Source of the DNA: Eledone cirrhosa
Lineage: Eukaryota
Direction: 5' to 3'
Assembly: GCA_964016885.1 (NCBI GenBank)
Contig: OZ024747.1
Coordinates: 12,462,001 to 12,526,000, forward strand
DNA: 64,000 nt
Each line of letters begins with the position of its first letter. Position 1 is the first letter of the stretch. The position numbers and the translations under genes are program-made. This document shows, piece by piece, positions 1 through 15,000 of the stretch. The notes beneath the pieces were generated by a model, which was not told the origin of the DNA, made no database searches, and was given only the letters and a program-made list of their open reading frames with translations.

Positions 1-3000
1 AAAGGTAAACTGCCAGGGAATATGAACAGGTAAGGTAAACTGCCTGGGAATATGAACAGGTATCGTAAAGGTAAACTGCCAGGGAATATGAACAGGTATC
101 GTAAAGGTAAACTGCCAGGGAATATGAACAGGTATGGTAAAGGTAAACTGCCTGGGAATATGAACAGGTAAGGTAAAGGTAAACTGCCAGGGAATATGAA
201 CAGGTAAGGTAAACTGCCTGGGAATATGAACAGGTATGGTAAAGGTAAACTACCAGGGAATATGAACAGGTAAGGTAAAGGTAAACTGCCAGGGAATATG
301 AACAGGTATGGTAAAGGTAAACTGCCAGGGAATATGAACAGGTATGGTAAAGGTAAACTGCCTGGGAATATGAACAGGTATGGTAAAGGTAAACTGACAG
401 GGAATATGAACAGGTAAGGTAAACTGCCAGGGAATATGAACAGGTATGGTAAAGGTAAACTGCCAGGGAATATGAACAGGTATGGTAAAGGTAAACTGCC
501 AGGGAATATGAACAGGTATGGTAAAGGTAAACTGCCAGGGAATATGAACAGGTATGGTAAACTACCAGGGAATATGAACAGGTATGGTAAACTACCAGGG
601 AATATGAACAGGTAAGGTAAACTACCTGGGAATATGAACAGGTATGGTAAACTACCAGGGAATATGAACAGGTAAGGTAAAGGTAAACTGCCAGGGAATA
701 TGAACAGGTATGGTAAAGGTAAACTGCCAGGGAATATGAACAGGTATGGTAAAGGTAAACTGCCTGGCAATATGAACAGGTATGGTAAACTGCCAGGGAA
801 TATGAACAGGTATGGTAAACTACCAGGGAATATGAACAGGTAAGGTAAACTGCCAGGGAATATGAACAGGTATGGTAAACTACCAGGGAATATGAACAGG
901 TAAGGTAAAGGTAAACTGCCAGGGAATATGAACAGGTATGGTAAAGGTAAACTGCCAGGGAATATGAACAGGTATGGTAAAGGTAAACTGCCTGGGAATA
1001 TGAACAGGTATGGTAAACTGCCAGGGAATATGAACAGGTATGGTAAACTACCAGGGAATATGAACAGGTAAGGTAAACTACCTGGGAATATGAACAGGTA
1101 TGGTAAAGGTAAACTGCCAGGGAATATGAACAGGTATGGTAAACTACCAGGGAATATGAACAGGTAAGGTAAACTACCTGGGAATATGAACAGGTATGGT
1201 AAAGGTAAACTGCCAGGGAATATGAACAGGTAAGGTAAACTACCTGGGAATATGAACAGGTATGGTAAAGGTAAACTGCCAGGGAATATGAACAGGTATG
1301 GTAAACTACCAGGGAATATGAACAGGTAAGGTAAACTACCTGGGAATATGAACAGGTATGGTAAAGGTAAACTACCTGGGAATATGAACAGGTATGGTAA
1401 AGGTAAACTGCCAGGGAATATGAACAGGTATGGTAAAGGTAAACTGGCAGGGAATATGAACAGGTATGGTAAAGGTAAACTGCCAGGGAATATGAACAGG
1501 TATGGTAAAGGTAAACTGCCAGGGAATATGAACAGGTATGGTAAAGGTAAACTGCCAGGGAATATGAACAGGTATGGTAAAGGTAAACTGCCAGGGAATA
1601 TGAACAGGTATGGTAAAGGTAAACTGCCAGGGAATATGAACAGGTATGGTAAAGGTAAACTGCCAGGGAATATGAACAGGTATGGTAAAGGTAAACTGCC
1701 AGGGAATATGAACAGGTATGGTAAAGGTAAACTGCCAGGGAATATGAACAGGTATGGTAAAGGTAAACTGCCAGGGAATATGAACAGGTATGGTAAAGGT
1801 AAACTGCCAGGGAATATGAACAGGTATGGTAAAGGTAAACTGCCAGGGAATATGAACAGGTATGGTAAAGGTAAACTGCCTGGGAATATGAACAGGTATG
1901 GTAAAGGTAAACTGCCAGGGAATATGAACAGGTAAGGTAAACTGCCTGGGAATATGAACAGGTATGGTAAAGGTAAACTGCCAGGGAATATGAACAGGTA
2001 TGGTAAAGGTAAACTGCCAGGGAATATGAACAGGTATGGTAAAGGTAAACTGCCTGGGAATATGAACAGGTATGGTAAAGGTAAACTGCCAGGGAATATG
2101 AACAGGTATGGTAAAGGTAAACTGCGAGGGAATATGAACAGGTAAGGTAAAGGTAAACTGCCAGGGAATATGAACAGGTAAGGTAAAGGTAAACTGACAG
2201 GGAATATGAACAGGTAAGGTAAACTACCAGGGAATATGAACAGGTATGGTAAAGGTAAACTGCCAGGGAATATGAACAGGTATGGTAAAGGTAAACTGAC
2301 AGGGAATATGAACAGGTAAGGTAAACTACCAGGGAATATGAACAGGTATGGTAAAGGTAAACTGCCAGGGAATATGAACAGGTATGGTAAAGGTAAACTG
2401 CCAGGGAATATGAACAGGTAAGGTAAAGGTAAACTGCCAGGGAATATGAACAGGTAAGGTAAACTGCCAGGGAATATGAACAGGTATGGTAAAGGTAAAC
2501 TGACAGGGAATATGAACAGGTATGGTAAAGGTAAACTGACAGGGAATATGAACAGGTATGGTAAAGGTAAACTGACAGGGAATATGAACAGGTATGGTAA
2601 AGGTAAACTGACAGGGAATATGAACAGGTATGGTAAAGGTAAACTGCCAGGGAATATGAACAGGTATGGTAAAGGTAAACTGACAGGGAATATGAACAGG
2701 TATGGTAAAGGTAAACTGCCAGGGAATATGAACAGGTATGGTAAAGGTAAACTGCCAGGGAATATGAACAGGTAAGGTAAACTGCCAGGGAATATGAACA
2801 GGTATGGTAAAGGTAAACTGCCAGGGAATATGAACAGGTATGGTAAACTGCCAGGGAATATGAACAGGTATGGTAAACTGCCAGGGAATATGAACAGGTA
2901 TGGTAAACTGCCAGGGAATATGAACAGGTATGGTAAACTGCCAGGGAATATGAACAGGTATGGTAAAGGTAAACTGCCAGGGAATATGAACAGGTAAGGT

Positions 3001-6000
3001 AAACTGCCAGGGAATATGAACAGGTATGGTAAAGGTAAACTGCCAGGGAATATGAACAGGTAAGGTAAACTGCCAGGGAATATGAACAGGTATGGTAAAG
3101 GTAAACTGCCAGGGAATATGAACAGGTATGGTAAACTGCCAGGGAATATGAACAGGTATGGTAAACTGCCAGGGAATATGAACAGGTATGGTAAACTGCC
3201 AGGGAATATGAACAGGTATGGTAAACTGCCAGGGAATATGAACAGGTATGGTAAAGGTAAACTGCCAGGGAATATGAACAGGTAAGGTAAACTGCCAGGG
3301 AATATGAACAGGTATGGTAAAGGTAAACTGCCAGGGAATATGAACAGGTAAGGTAAACTGACAGGGAATATGAACAGGTATGGTAAAGGTAAACTGCCAG
3401 GGAATATGAACAGGTATGGTAAAGGTAAACTGCCAGGGAATATGAACAGGTATGGTAAACTGCCAGGGAATATGAACAGGTATGGTAAACTACCAGGGAA
3501 TATGAACAGGTATGGTAAAGGTAAACTGCCAGGGAATATGAACAGGTAAGGTAAACTGCCAGGGAATATGAACAGGTAAGGTAAACTGCCAGGGAATATG
3601 AACAGGTATGGTAAAGGTAAACTGCCAGGGAATATGAACAGGTAAGGTAAACTGCCAGGGAATATGAACAGGTAAAGGTAAACTGCCTGGGAATATGAAC
3701 AGGTATGGTAAAGGTAAACTGCCAGGGAATATGAACAGGTATGGTAAAGGTAAACTGCCAGGGAATATGAACAGGTAAGGTAAACTGCCAGGGAATATGA
3801 ACAGGTAAAGGTAAACTGCCTGGGAATATGAACAGGTATGGTAAAGGTAAACTGCCAGGGAATATGAACAGGTATGGTAAAGGTAAACTGCCAGGGAATA
3901 TGAACAGGTAAGGTAAACTGCCAGGGAATATGAACAGGTATGGTAAAGGTAAACTGCCAGGGAATATGAACAGGTAAGGTAAACTGCCAGGGAATATGAA
4001 CAGGTAAAGGTAAACTGCCTGGGAATATGAACAGGTATGGTAAAGGTAAACTGCCAGGGAATATGAACAGGTAAGGTAAACTGCCAGGGAATATGAACAG
4101 GTAAAGGTAAACTGCCTGGGAATATGAACAGGTATGGTAAAGGTAAACTGCCAGGGAATATGAACAGGTATGGTAAAGGTAAACTGCCAGGGAATATGAA
4201 CAGGTAAGGTAAACTGCCAGGGAATATGAACAGGTATGGTAAAGGTAAACTGCCAGGGAATATGAACAGGTAAGGTAAACTGCCAGGGAATATGAACAGG
4301 TAAAGGTAAACTGCCTGGGAATATGAACAGGTATGGTAAAGGTAAACTGCCAGGGAATATGAACAGGTAAGGTAAACTGCCAGGGAATATGAACAGGTAA
4401 AGGTAAACTGCCTGGGAATATGAACAGGTATGGTAAAGGTAAACTGCCAGGGAATATGAACAGGTATGGTAAAGGTAAACTGCCAGGGAATATGAACAGG
4501 TATGGTAAAGGTAAACTACCAGGGAATATGAACAGGTAAGGTAAACTGCCAGGGAATATGAACAGGTATGGTAAAGGTAAACTGCCAGGGAATATGAACA
4601 GGTATGGTAAAGGTAAACTGCCAGGGAATATGAACAGGTAAGGTAAACTGCCAGGGAATATGAACAGGTATGGTAAAGGTAAACTGCCAGGGAATATGAA
4701 CAGGTAAGGTAAACTGCCAGGGAATATGAACAGGTAAAGGTAAACTGCCTGGGAATATGAACAGGTATGGTAAAGGTAAACTGCCAGGGAATATGAACAG
4801 GTATGGTAAAGGTAAACTGCCAGGGAATATGAACAGGTAAGGTAAACTGCCAGGGAATATGAACAGGTATGGTAAAGGTAAACTGCCAGGGAATATGAAC
4901 AGGTAAGGTAAACTGCCAGGGAATATGAACAGGTAAAGGTAAACTGCCTGGGAATATGAACAGGTATGGTAAAGGTAAACTGCCAGGGAATATGAACAGG
5001 TAAGGTAAACTGCCAGGGAATATGAACAGGTAAAGGTAAACTGCCTGGGAATATGAACAGGTATGGTAAAGGTAAACTGCCAGGGAATATGAACAGGTAT
5101 GGTAAAGGTAAACTGCCAGGGAATATGAACAGGTATGGTAAAGGTAAACTACCAGGGAATATGAACAGGTAAGGTAAACTGCCAGGGAATATGAACAGGT
5201 ATGGTAAAGGTAAACTGCCAGGGAATATGAACAGGTAAGGTAAACTGCCAGGGAATATGAACAGGTAAAGGTAAACTGCCTGGGAATATGAACAGGTATG
5301 GTAAAGGTAAACTGCCAGGGAATATGAACAGGTATGGTAAAGGTAAACTGCCAGGGAATATGAACAGGTAAGGTAAACTGCCAGGGAATATGAACAGGTA
5401 AAGGTAAACTGCCTGGGAATATGAACAGGTATGGTAAAGGTAAACTGCCAGGGAATATGAACAGGTAAGGTAAACTGCCAGGGAATATGAACAGGTAAAG
5501 GTAAACTGCCTGGGAATATGAACAGGTATGGTAAAGGTAAACTGCCAGGGAATATGAACAGGTATGGTAAAGGTAAACTGCCAGGGAATATGAACAGGTA
5601 TGGTAAAGGTAAACTACCAGGGAATATGAACAGGTAAGGTAAACTGCCAGGGAATATGAACAGGTATGGTAAAGGTAAACTGCCAGGGAATATGAACAGG
5701 TAAGGTAAACTGCCAGGGAATATGAACAGGTATGGTAAAGGTAAACTGCCAGGGAATATGAACAGGTATGGTAAAGGTAAACTGCCAGGGAATATGAACA
5801 GGTAAGGTAAACTGCCAGGGAATATGAACAGGTATGGTAAAGGTAAACTGCCAGGGAATATGAACAGGTAAGGTAAACTGCCAGGGAATATGAACAGGTA
5901 TGGTAAAGGTAAACTGCCAGGGAATATGAACAGGTAAGGTAAACTGCCTGGGAATATGAACAGGTAAAGGTAAACTGCCAGGGAATATGAACAGGTATGG

Positions 6001-9000
6001 TAAAGGTAAACTGCCAGGGAATATGAACAGGTAAGGTAAACTGCCAGGGAATATGAACAGGTAAAGGTAAACTGCCTGGGAATATGAACAGGTATGGTAA
6101 AGGTAAACTGCCAGGGAATATGAACAGGTATGGTAAAGGTAAACTGCCAGGGAATATGAACAGGTATGGTAAAGGTAAACTACCAGGGAATATGAACAGG
6201 TAAGGTAAACTGCCAGGGAATATGAACAGGTATGGTAAAGGTAAACTGCCAGGGAATATGAACAGGTAAGGTAAACTGCCAGGGAATATGAACAGGTATG
6301 GTAAAGGTAAACTGCCAGGGAATATGAACAGGTATGGTAAAGGTAAACTGCCAGGGAATATGAACAGGTAAGGTAAACTGCCAGGGAATATGAACAGGTA
6401 TGGTAAAGGTAAACTGCCAGGGAATATGAACAGGTAAGGTAAACTGCCAGGGAATATGAACAGGTATGGTAAAGGTAAACTGCCAGGGAATATGAACAGG
6501 TAAGGTAAACTGCCTGGGAATATGAACAGGTAAAGGTAAACTGCCAGGGAATATGAACAGGTATGGTAAAGGTAAACTGCCAGGGAATATGAACAGGTAT
6601 GGTAAAGGTAAACTGCCTGGGAATATGAACAGGTATGGTAAAGGTAAACTGCCAGGGAATATGAACAGGTAAGGTAAAGGTAAACTGACAGGGAATATGA
6701 ACAGGTATGGTAAAGGTAAACTGACAGGGAATATGAACAGGTATGGTAAAGGTAAACTGACAGGGAATATGAACAGGTATGGTAAAGGTAAACTGACAGG
6801 GAATATGAACAGGTATGGTAAAGGTAAACTGACAGGGAATATGAACAGGTATGGTAAAGGTAAACTGCCTGGGAATATGAACAGGTATGGTAAAGGTAAA
6901 CTGACAGGGAATATGAACAGGTATGGTAAAGGTAAACTGCCTGGGAATATGAACAGGTATGGTAAAGGTAAACTGACAGGGAATATAAACAGGTAAGGTA
7001 AAGGTAAACTGACAGGGAATATGAACAGGTATGGTAAAGGTAAACTGACAGGGAATATGAACAGGTATGGTAAAGGTAAACTGCCTGGGAATATGAACAG
7101 GTATGGTAAAGGTAAACTGACAGGGAATATGAACAGGTATGGTAAAGGTAAACTGCCTGGGAATATGAACAGGTATGGTAAAGGTAAACTGCCTGGGAAT
7201 ATGAACAGGTAAGGTAAAGGTAAACTGCCTGGGAATATGAACAGGTAAAGGTAAACTGCCAGGGAATATGAACAGGTATGGTAAAGGTAAACTTCCAGGG
7301 AATATGAACAGGTATGGTAAAGGTAAACTGCCTGGGAATATGAACAGGTATGGTAAAGGTAAACTGCCAGGGAATATGAACAGGTAAGGTAAAGGTAAAC
7401 TGACAGGGAATATGAACAGGTATGGTAAAGGTAAACTGACAGGGAATATGAACAGGTATGGTAAAGGTAAACTGACAGGGAATATGAACAGGTAAGGTAA
7501 ACTGCCAGGGAATATGAACAGGTAAGGTAAACTGCCAGGGAATATGAACAGGTATGGTAAAGGTAAACTGCCAGGGAATATGAACAGGTAAGGTAAACTG
7601 CCAGGGAATATGAACAGGTAAAGGTAAACTGCCTGGGAATATGAACAGGTATGGTAAAGGTAAACTGCCAGGGAATATGAACAGGTATGGTAAAGGTAAA
7701 CTGCCAGGGAATATGAACAGGTAAGGTAAACTGCCAGGGAATATGAACAGGTAAAGGTAAACTGCCTGGGAATATGAACAGGTATGGTAAAGGTAAACTG
7801 CCAGGGAATATGAACAGGTATGGTAAAGGTAAACTGCCAGGGAATATGAACAGGTAAGGTAAACTGCCAGGGAATATGAACAGGTATGGTAAAGGTAAAC
7901 TGCCAGGGAATATGAACAGGTAAGGTAAACTGCCAGGGAATATGAACAGGTAAAGGTAAACTGCCTGGGAATATGAACAGGTATGGTAAAGGTAAACTGC
8001 CAGGGAATATGAACAGGTAAGGTAAACTGCCAGGGAATATGAACAGGTAAAGGTAAACTGCCTGGGAATATGAACAGGTATGGTAAAGGTAAACTGCCAG
8101 GGAATATGAACAGGTATGGTAAAGGTAAACTGCCAGGGAATATGAACAGGTAAGGTAAACTGCCAGGGAATATGAACAGGTATGGTAAAGGTAAACTGCC
8201 AGGGAATATGAACAGGTAAGGTAAACTGCCAGGGAATATGAACAGGTAAAGGTAAACTGCCTGGGAATATGAACAGGTATGGTAAAGGTAAACTGCCAGG
8301 GAATATGAACAGGTAAGGTAAACTGCCAGGGAATATGAACAGGTAAAGGTAAACTGCCTGGGAATATGAACAGGTATGGTAAAGGTAAACTGCCAGGGAA
8401 TATGAACAGGTATGGTAAAGGTAAACTGCCAGGGAATATGAACAGGTATGGTAAAGGTAAACTACCAGGGAATATGAACAGGTAAGGTAAACTGCCAGGG
8501 AATATGAACAGGTATGGTAAAGGTAAACTGCCAGGGAATATGAACAGGTATGGTAAAGGTAAACTGCCAGGGAATATGAACAGGTAAGGTAAACTGCCAG
8601 GGAATATGAACAGGTATGGTAAAGGTAAACTGCCAGGGAATATGAACAGGTAAGGTAAACTGCCAGGGAATATGAACAGGTAAAGGTAAACTGCCTGGGA
8701 ATATGAACAGGTATGGTAAAGGTAAACTGCCAGGGAATATGAACAGGTATGGTAAAGGTAAACTGCCAGGGAATATGAACAGGTAAGGTAAACTGCCAGG
8801 GAATATGAACAGGTATGGTAAAGGTAAACTGCCAGGGAATATGAACAGGTAAGGTAAACTGCCAGGGAATATGAACAGGTAAAGGTAAACTGCCTGGGAA
8901 TATGAACAGGTATGGTAAAGGTAAACTGCCAGGGAATATGAACAGGTAAGGTAAACTGCCAGGGAATATGAACAGGTAAAGGTAAACTGCCTGGGAATAT

Positions 9001-12000
9001 GAACAGGTATGGTAAAGGTAAACTGCCAGGGAATATGAACAGGTATGGTAAAGGTAAACTGCCAGGGAATATGAACAGGTATGGTAAAGGTAAACTACCA
9101 GGGAATATGAACAGGTAAGGTAAACTGCCAGGGAATATGAACAGGTATGGTAAAGGTAAACTGCCAGGGAATATGAACAGGTAAGGTAAACTGCCAGGGA
9201 ATATGAACAGGTAAAGGTAAACTGCCTGGGAATATGAACAGGTATGGTAAAGGTAAACTGCCAGGGAATATGAACAGGTATGGTAAAGGTAAACTGCCAG
9301 GGAATATGAACAGGTAAGGTAAACTGCCAGGGAATATGAACAGGTAAAGGTAAACTGCCTGGGAATATGAACAGGTATGGTAAAGGTAAACTGCCAGGGA
9401 ATATGAACAGGTAAGGTAAACTGCCAGGGAATATGAACAGGTAAAGGTAAACTGCCTGGGAATATGAACAGGTATGGTAAAGGTAAACTGCCAGGGAATA
9501 TGAACAGGTATGGTAAAGGTAAACTGCCAGGGAATATGAACAGGTATGGTAAAGGTAAACTACCAGGGAATATGAACAGGTAAGGTAAACTGCCAGGGAA
9601 TATGAACAGGTATGGTAAAGGTAAACTGCCAGGGAATATGAACAGGTAAGGTAAACTGCCAGGGAATATGAACAGGTATGGTAAAGGTAAACTGCCAGGG
9701 AATATGAACAGGTATGGTAAAGGTAAACTGCCAGGGAATATGAACAGGTAAGGTAAACTGCCAGGGAATATGAACAGGTATGGTAAAGGTAAACTGCCAG
9801 GGAATATGAACAGGTAAGGTAAACTGCCAGGGAATATGAACAGGTATGGTAAAGGTAAACTGCCAGGGAATATGAACAGGTAAGGTAAACTGCCTGGGAA
9901 TATGAACAGGTAAAGGTAAACTGCCAGGGAATATGAACAGGTATGGTAAAGGTAAACTGCCAGGGAATATGAACAGGTAAGGTAAACTGCCAGGGAATAT
10001 GAACAGGTAAAGGTAAACTGCCTGGGAATATGAACAGGTATGGTAAAGGTAAACTGCCAGGGAATATGAACAGGTATGGTAAAGGTAAACTGCCAGGGAA
10101 TATGAACAGGTATGGTAAAGGTAAACTACCAGGGAATATGAACAGGTAAGGTAAACTGCCAGGGAATATGAACAGGTATGGTAAAGGTAAACTGCCAGGG
10201 AATATGAACAGGTATGGTAAAGGTAAACTGCCAGGGAATATGAACAGGTAAGGTAAACTGCCAGGGAATATGAACAGGTATGGTAAAGGTAAACTGCCAG
10301 GGAATATGAACAGGTAAGGTAAACTGCCAGGGAATATGAACAGGTATGGTAAAGGTAAACTGCCAGGGAATATGAACAGGTAAGGTAAACTGCCTGGGAA
10401 TATGAACAGGTAAAGGTAAACTGCCAGGGAATATGAACAGGTATGGTAAAGGTAAACTGCCAGGGAATATGAACAGGTATGGTAAAGGTAAACTGCCTGG
10501 GAATATGAACAGGTATGGTAAAGGTAAACTGCCAGGGAATATGAACAGGTAAGGTAAAGGTAAACTGACAGGGAATATGAACAGGTATGGTAAAGGTAAA
10601 CTGACAGGGAATATGAACAGGTATGGTAAAGGTAAACTGACAGGGAATATGAACAGGTATGGTAAAGGTAAACTGACAGGGAATATGAACAGGTATGGTA
10701 AAGGTAAACTGACAGGGAATATGAACAGGTATGGTAAAGGTAAACTGCCTGGGAATATGAACAGGTATGGTAAAGGTAAACTGACAGGGAATATGAACAG
10801 GTATGGTAAAGGTAAAGTGCCTGGGAATATGAACAGGTATGGTAAAGGTAAACTGACAGGGAATATAAACAGGTAAGGTAAAGGTAAACTGACAGGGAAT
10901 ATGAACAGGTATGGTAAAGGTAAACTGACAGGGAATATGAACAGGTATGGTAAAGGTAAACTGCCTGGGAATATGAACAGGTATGGTAAAGGTAAACTGA
11001 CAGGGAATATGAACAGGTATGGTAAAGGTAAACTGCCTGGGAATATGAACAGGTATGGTAAAGGTAAACTGCCTGGGAATATGAACAGGTAAGGTAAAGG
11101 TAAACTGCCTGGGAATATGAACAGGTAAAGGTAAACTGCCAGGGAATATGAACAGGTATGGTAAAGGTAAACTTCCAGGGAATATGAACAGGTATGGTAA
11201 AGGTAAACTGCCTGGGAATATGAACAGGTATGGTAAAGGTAAACTGCCAGGGAATATGAACAGGTAAGGTAAAGGTAAACTGACAGGGAATATGAACAGG
11301 TATGGTAAAGGTAAACTGACAGGGAATATGAACAGGTATGGTAAAGGTAAACTGACAGGGAATATGAACAGGTATGGTAAAGGTAAACTGACAGGGAATA
11401 TGAACAGGTATGGTAAAGGTAAACTGACAGGGAATATGAACAGGTATGGTAAAGGTAAACTGCCTGGGAATATGAACAGGTATGGTAAAGGTAAACTGAC
11501 AGGGAATATGAACAGGTATGGTAAAGGTAAACTGCCTGGGAATATGAACAGGTATGGTAAAGGTAAACTGACAGGGAATATGAACAGGTATGGTAAAGGT
11601 AAACTGACAGGGAATATGAACAGGTATGGTAAAGGTAAACTGCCAGGGAATATGAACAGGTATGGTAAAGGTAAACTGACAGGGAATATGAACAGGTATG
11701 GTAAAGGTAAACTGACAGGGAATATGAACAGGTATGGTAAAGGTAAACTGCCAGGGAATATGAACAGGTATGGTAAAGGTAAACTGACAGGGAATATGAA
11801 CAGGTATGGTAAAGGTAAACTGCCAGGGAATATGAACAGGTATGGTAGAGGTAAACTGCCTGGGAATATGAACAGGTATGGTAAAGGTAAACTGCCAGGG
11901 AATATGAACAGGTAAGGTAACCTGCCTGGGAATATGAACAGGTATGGTAAAGGTAAACTGCCAGGGAATATGAACAGGTAAGGTAAACTGCCTGGGAATA

Positions 12001-15000
12001 TGAACAGGTAAGGTAAAGGTAAACTGCCAGGGAATATGAACAGGTAAGGTAAAGGTAAACTGCCTGGGAATATGAACAGGTATGGTAAACTACCAGGGAA
12101 TATGAACAGGTATGGTAAAGGTAAACTGACAGGGAATATGAACAGGTATGGTAAAGGTAAACTGACAGGGAATATGAACAGGTATGGTAAAGGTAAACTA
12201 CCAGGGAATATGAACAGGTATGGTAAAGGTAAACTGCCAGAGAATATGAACAGGTAAGGTAAAGGTAAACTACCAGGGAATATGAACAGGTAAGGTAAAG
12301 GTAAACTGCCAGGGAATATGAACAGGTAAGGTAAAGGTAAACTGCCTGGGAATATGAACAGGTATGGTAAACTACCAGGGAATATGAACAGGTATGGTAA
12401 AGGTAAACTGACAGGGAATATGAACAGGTATGGTAAAGGTAAACTGACAGGGAATATGAACAGGTATGGTAAAGGTAAACTACCAGGGAATATGAACAGG
12501 TATGGTAAAGGTAAACTGCCAGGGAATATGAACATGTAAGGTAAAGGTAAACTACCAGGGAATATGAACAGGTAAGGTAAAGGTAAACTGCCAGGGAATA
12601 TGAACAGGTATGGTAAACTGCCAGGGAATATGAACAGGTACGGTAAAGGTAAACTGACAGGGAATATGAACAGGTATGGTAAAGGTAAACTGCCAGGGAA
12701 TATGAACAGGTATGGTAAAGGTAAACTACCAGGGAATATGAATAGGTATGGTAAAGGTAAACTGCCAGGGAATATGAACAGGTAAGGTAAAGGTAAACTA
12801 CCAGGGAATATGAACAGGTAAGGTAAAGGTAAACTACCAGGGAATATGAACAGGTAAGGTAAAGGTAAACTGCCAGGGAATATGAACAGGTATGGTAAAC
12901 TGCCAGGGAATATGAACAGGTATGGTAAACTACCAGGGAATATGAACAGGTATGGTAAAGGTAAACTGCCAGGGAATATGAACAGGTATGGTAAAGGTAA
13001 ACTACCAGGGAATATGAACAGGTAAGGTAAAGGTAAACTGCCAGGGAATATGAACAGGTATGGTAAAGGTAAACTACCAGGGAATATGAACAGGTAAGGT
13101 AAAGGTAAACTGCCAGGGAATATGAACAGGTATGGTAAAGGTAAACTACCAGGGAATATGAACAGGTATGGTAAAGGTAAACTACCAGGGAATATGAACA
13201 GGTATGGTAAACTGCCAGGGAATATGAACAGGTATGGTAAACTACCAGGGAATATGAACAGGTATGGTAAAGGTAAACTACCAGGGAATATGAACAGGTA
13301 TGGTAAAGGTAAACTACCAGGGAATATGAACAGGTATGGTAAACTGACAGGGAATATGAACAGGTATGGTAAAGGTAAACTACCAGGGAATATGAACAGG
13401 TAAGGTAAAGGTAAACTACCAGGGAATATGAACAGGTATGGTAAAGGTAAACTACCAGGGAATATGAACAGGTATGGTAAAGGTAAACTGCCAGGGAATA
13501 TGAACAGGTATGGTAAACTACCAGGGAATATGAACAGGTATGGTAAAGGTAAACTACCAGGGAATATGAACAGGTATGGTAAACTACCAGGGAATATGAA
13601 CAGGTATGGTAAAGGTAAACTACCAGGGAATATGAACAGGTATGGTAAAGGTAAACTACCAGGGAATATGAACAGGTATGGTAAAGGTAAACTACCAGGG
13701 AATATGAACAGGTATGGTAAACTGCCAGGGAATATGAACAGGTATGGTAAACTACCAGGGAATATGAACAGGTATGGTAAAGGTAAACTACCAGGGAATA
13801 TGAACAGGTATGGTAAAGGTAAACTACCAGGGAATATGAACAGGTATGGTAAACTGCCAGGGAATATGAACAGGTATGGTAAAGGTAAACTACCAGGGTA
13901 TATGAACAGGTATGGTAAAGGTAAACTACCAGGGAATATGAACAGGTATGGTAAAGGTAAACTACCAGGGAATATGAACAGGTATGGTAAACTGCCAGGG
14001 AATATGAACAGGTATGGTAAACTACCAGGGAATATGAACAGGTATGGTAAAGGTAAACTACCAGGGAATATGAACAGGTATGGTAAACTACCAGGGAATA
14101 TGAACAGGTATGGTAAACTACCAGGGAATATGAACAGGTATGGTAAAGGTAAACTACCAGGGAATATGAACAGGTATGGTAAAGGTAAACTACCAGGGAA
14201 TATGAACAGGTATGGTAAACTGCCAGGGAATATGAACAGGTATGGTAAAGGTAAACTACCAGGGAATATGAACAGGTAAGGTAAAGGTAAACTGCCAGGG
14301 AATATGAACAGGTATGGTAAACTACCAGGGAATATGAACAGGTATGGTAAACTGCCAGGGAATATGAACAGGTATGGTAAAGGTAAACTACCAGGGAATA
14401 TGAACAGGTAAGGTAAAGGTAAACTGCCAGGGAATATGAACAGGTATGGTAAACTGCCAGGGAATATGAACAGGTATGGTAAACTACCAGGGAATATGAA
14501 CAGGTATGGTAAAGGTAAACTGCCAGGGAATATGAACAGGTATGGTAAAGGTAAACTACCAGGGAATATGAACAGGTAAGGTAAAGGTAAACTGCCAGGG
14601 AATATGAACAGGTATGGTAAAGGTAAACTACCAGGGAATATGAACAGGTAAGGTAAAGGTAAACTGCCAGGGAATATGAACAGGTATGGTAAACTACCAG
14701 GGAATATGAACAGGTAAGGTAAAGGTAAACTGCCAGGGAATATGAACAGGTAAGGTAAACTGCCAGGGAATATGAACAGGTAAGGTAAACTGCCAGGGAA
14801 TATGAACAGGTAAGGTAAACTACCAGGGAATATGAACAGGTAAGGTAAAGGTAAACTGCCAGGGAATATGAACAGGTAAGGTAAACTACCAGGGAATATG
14901 AACAGGTAAGGTAAAGGTAAACTGCCAGGGAATATGAACAGGTAAGGTAAACTGCCAGGGAATATGAACAGGTAAGGTAAACTGCCAGGGAATATGAACA

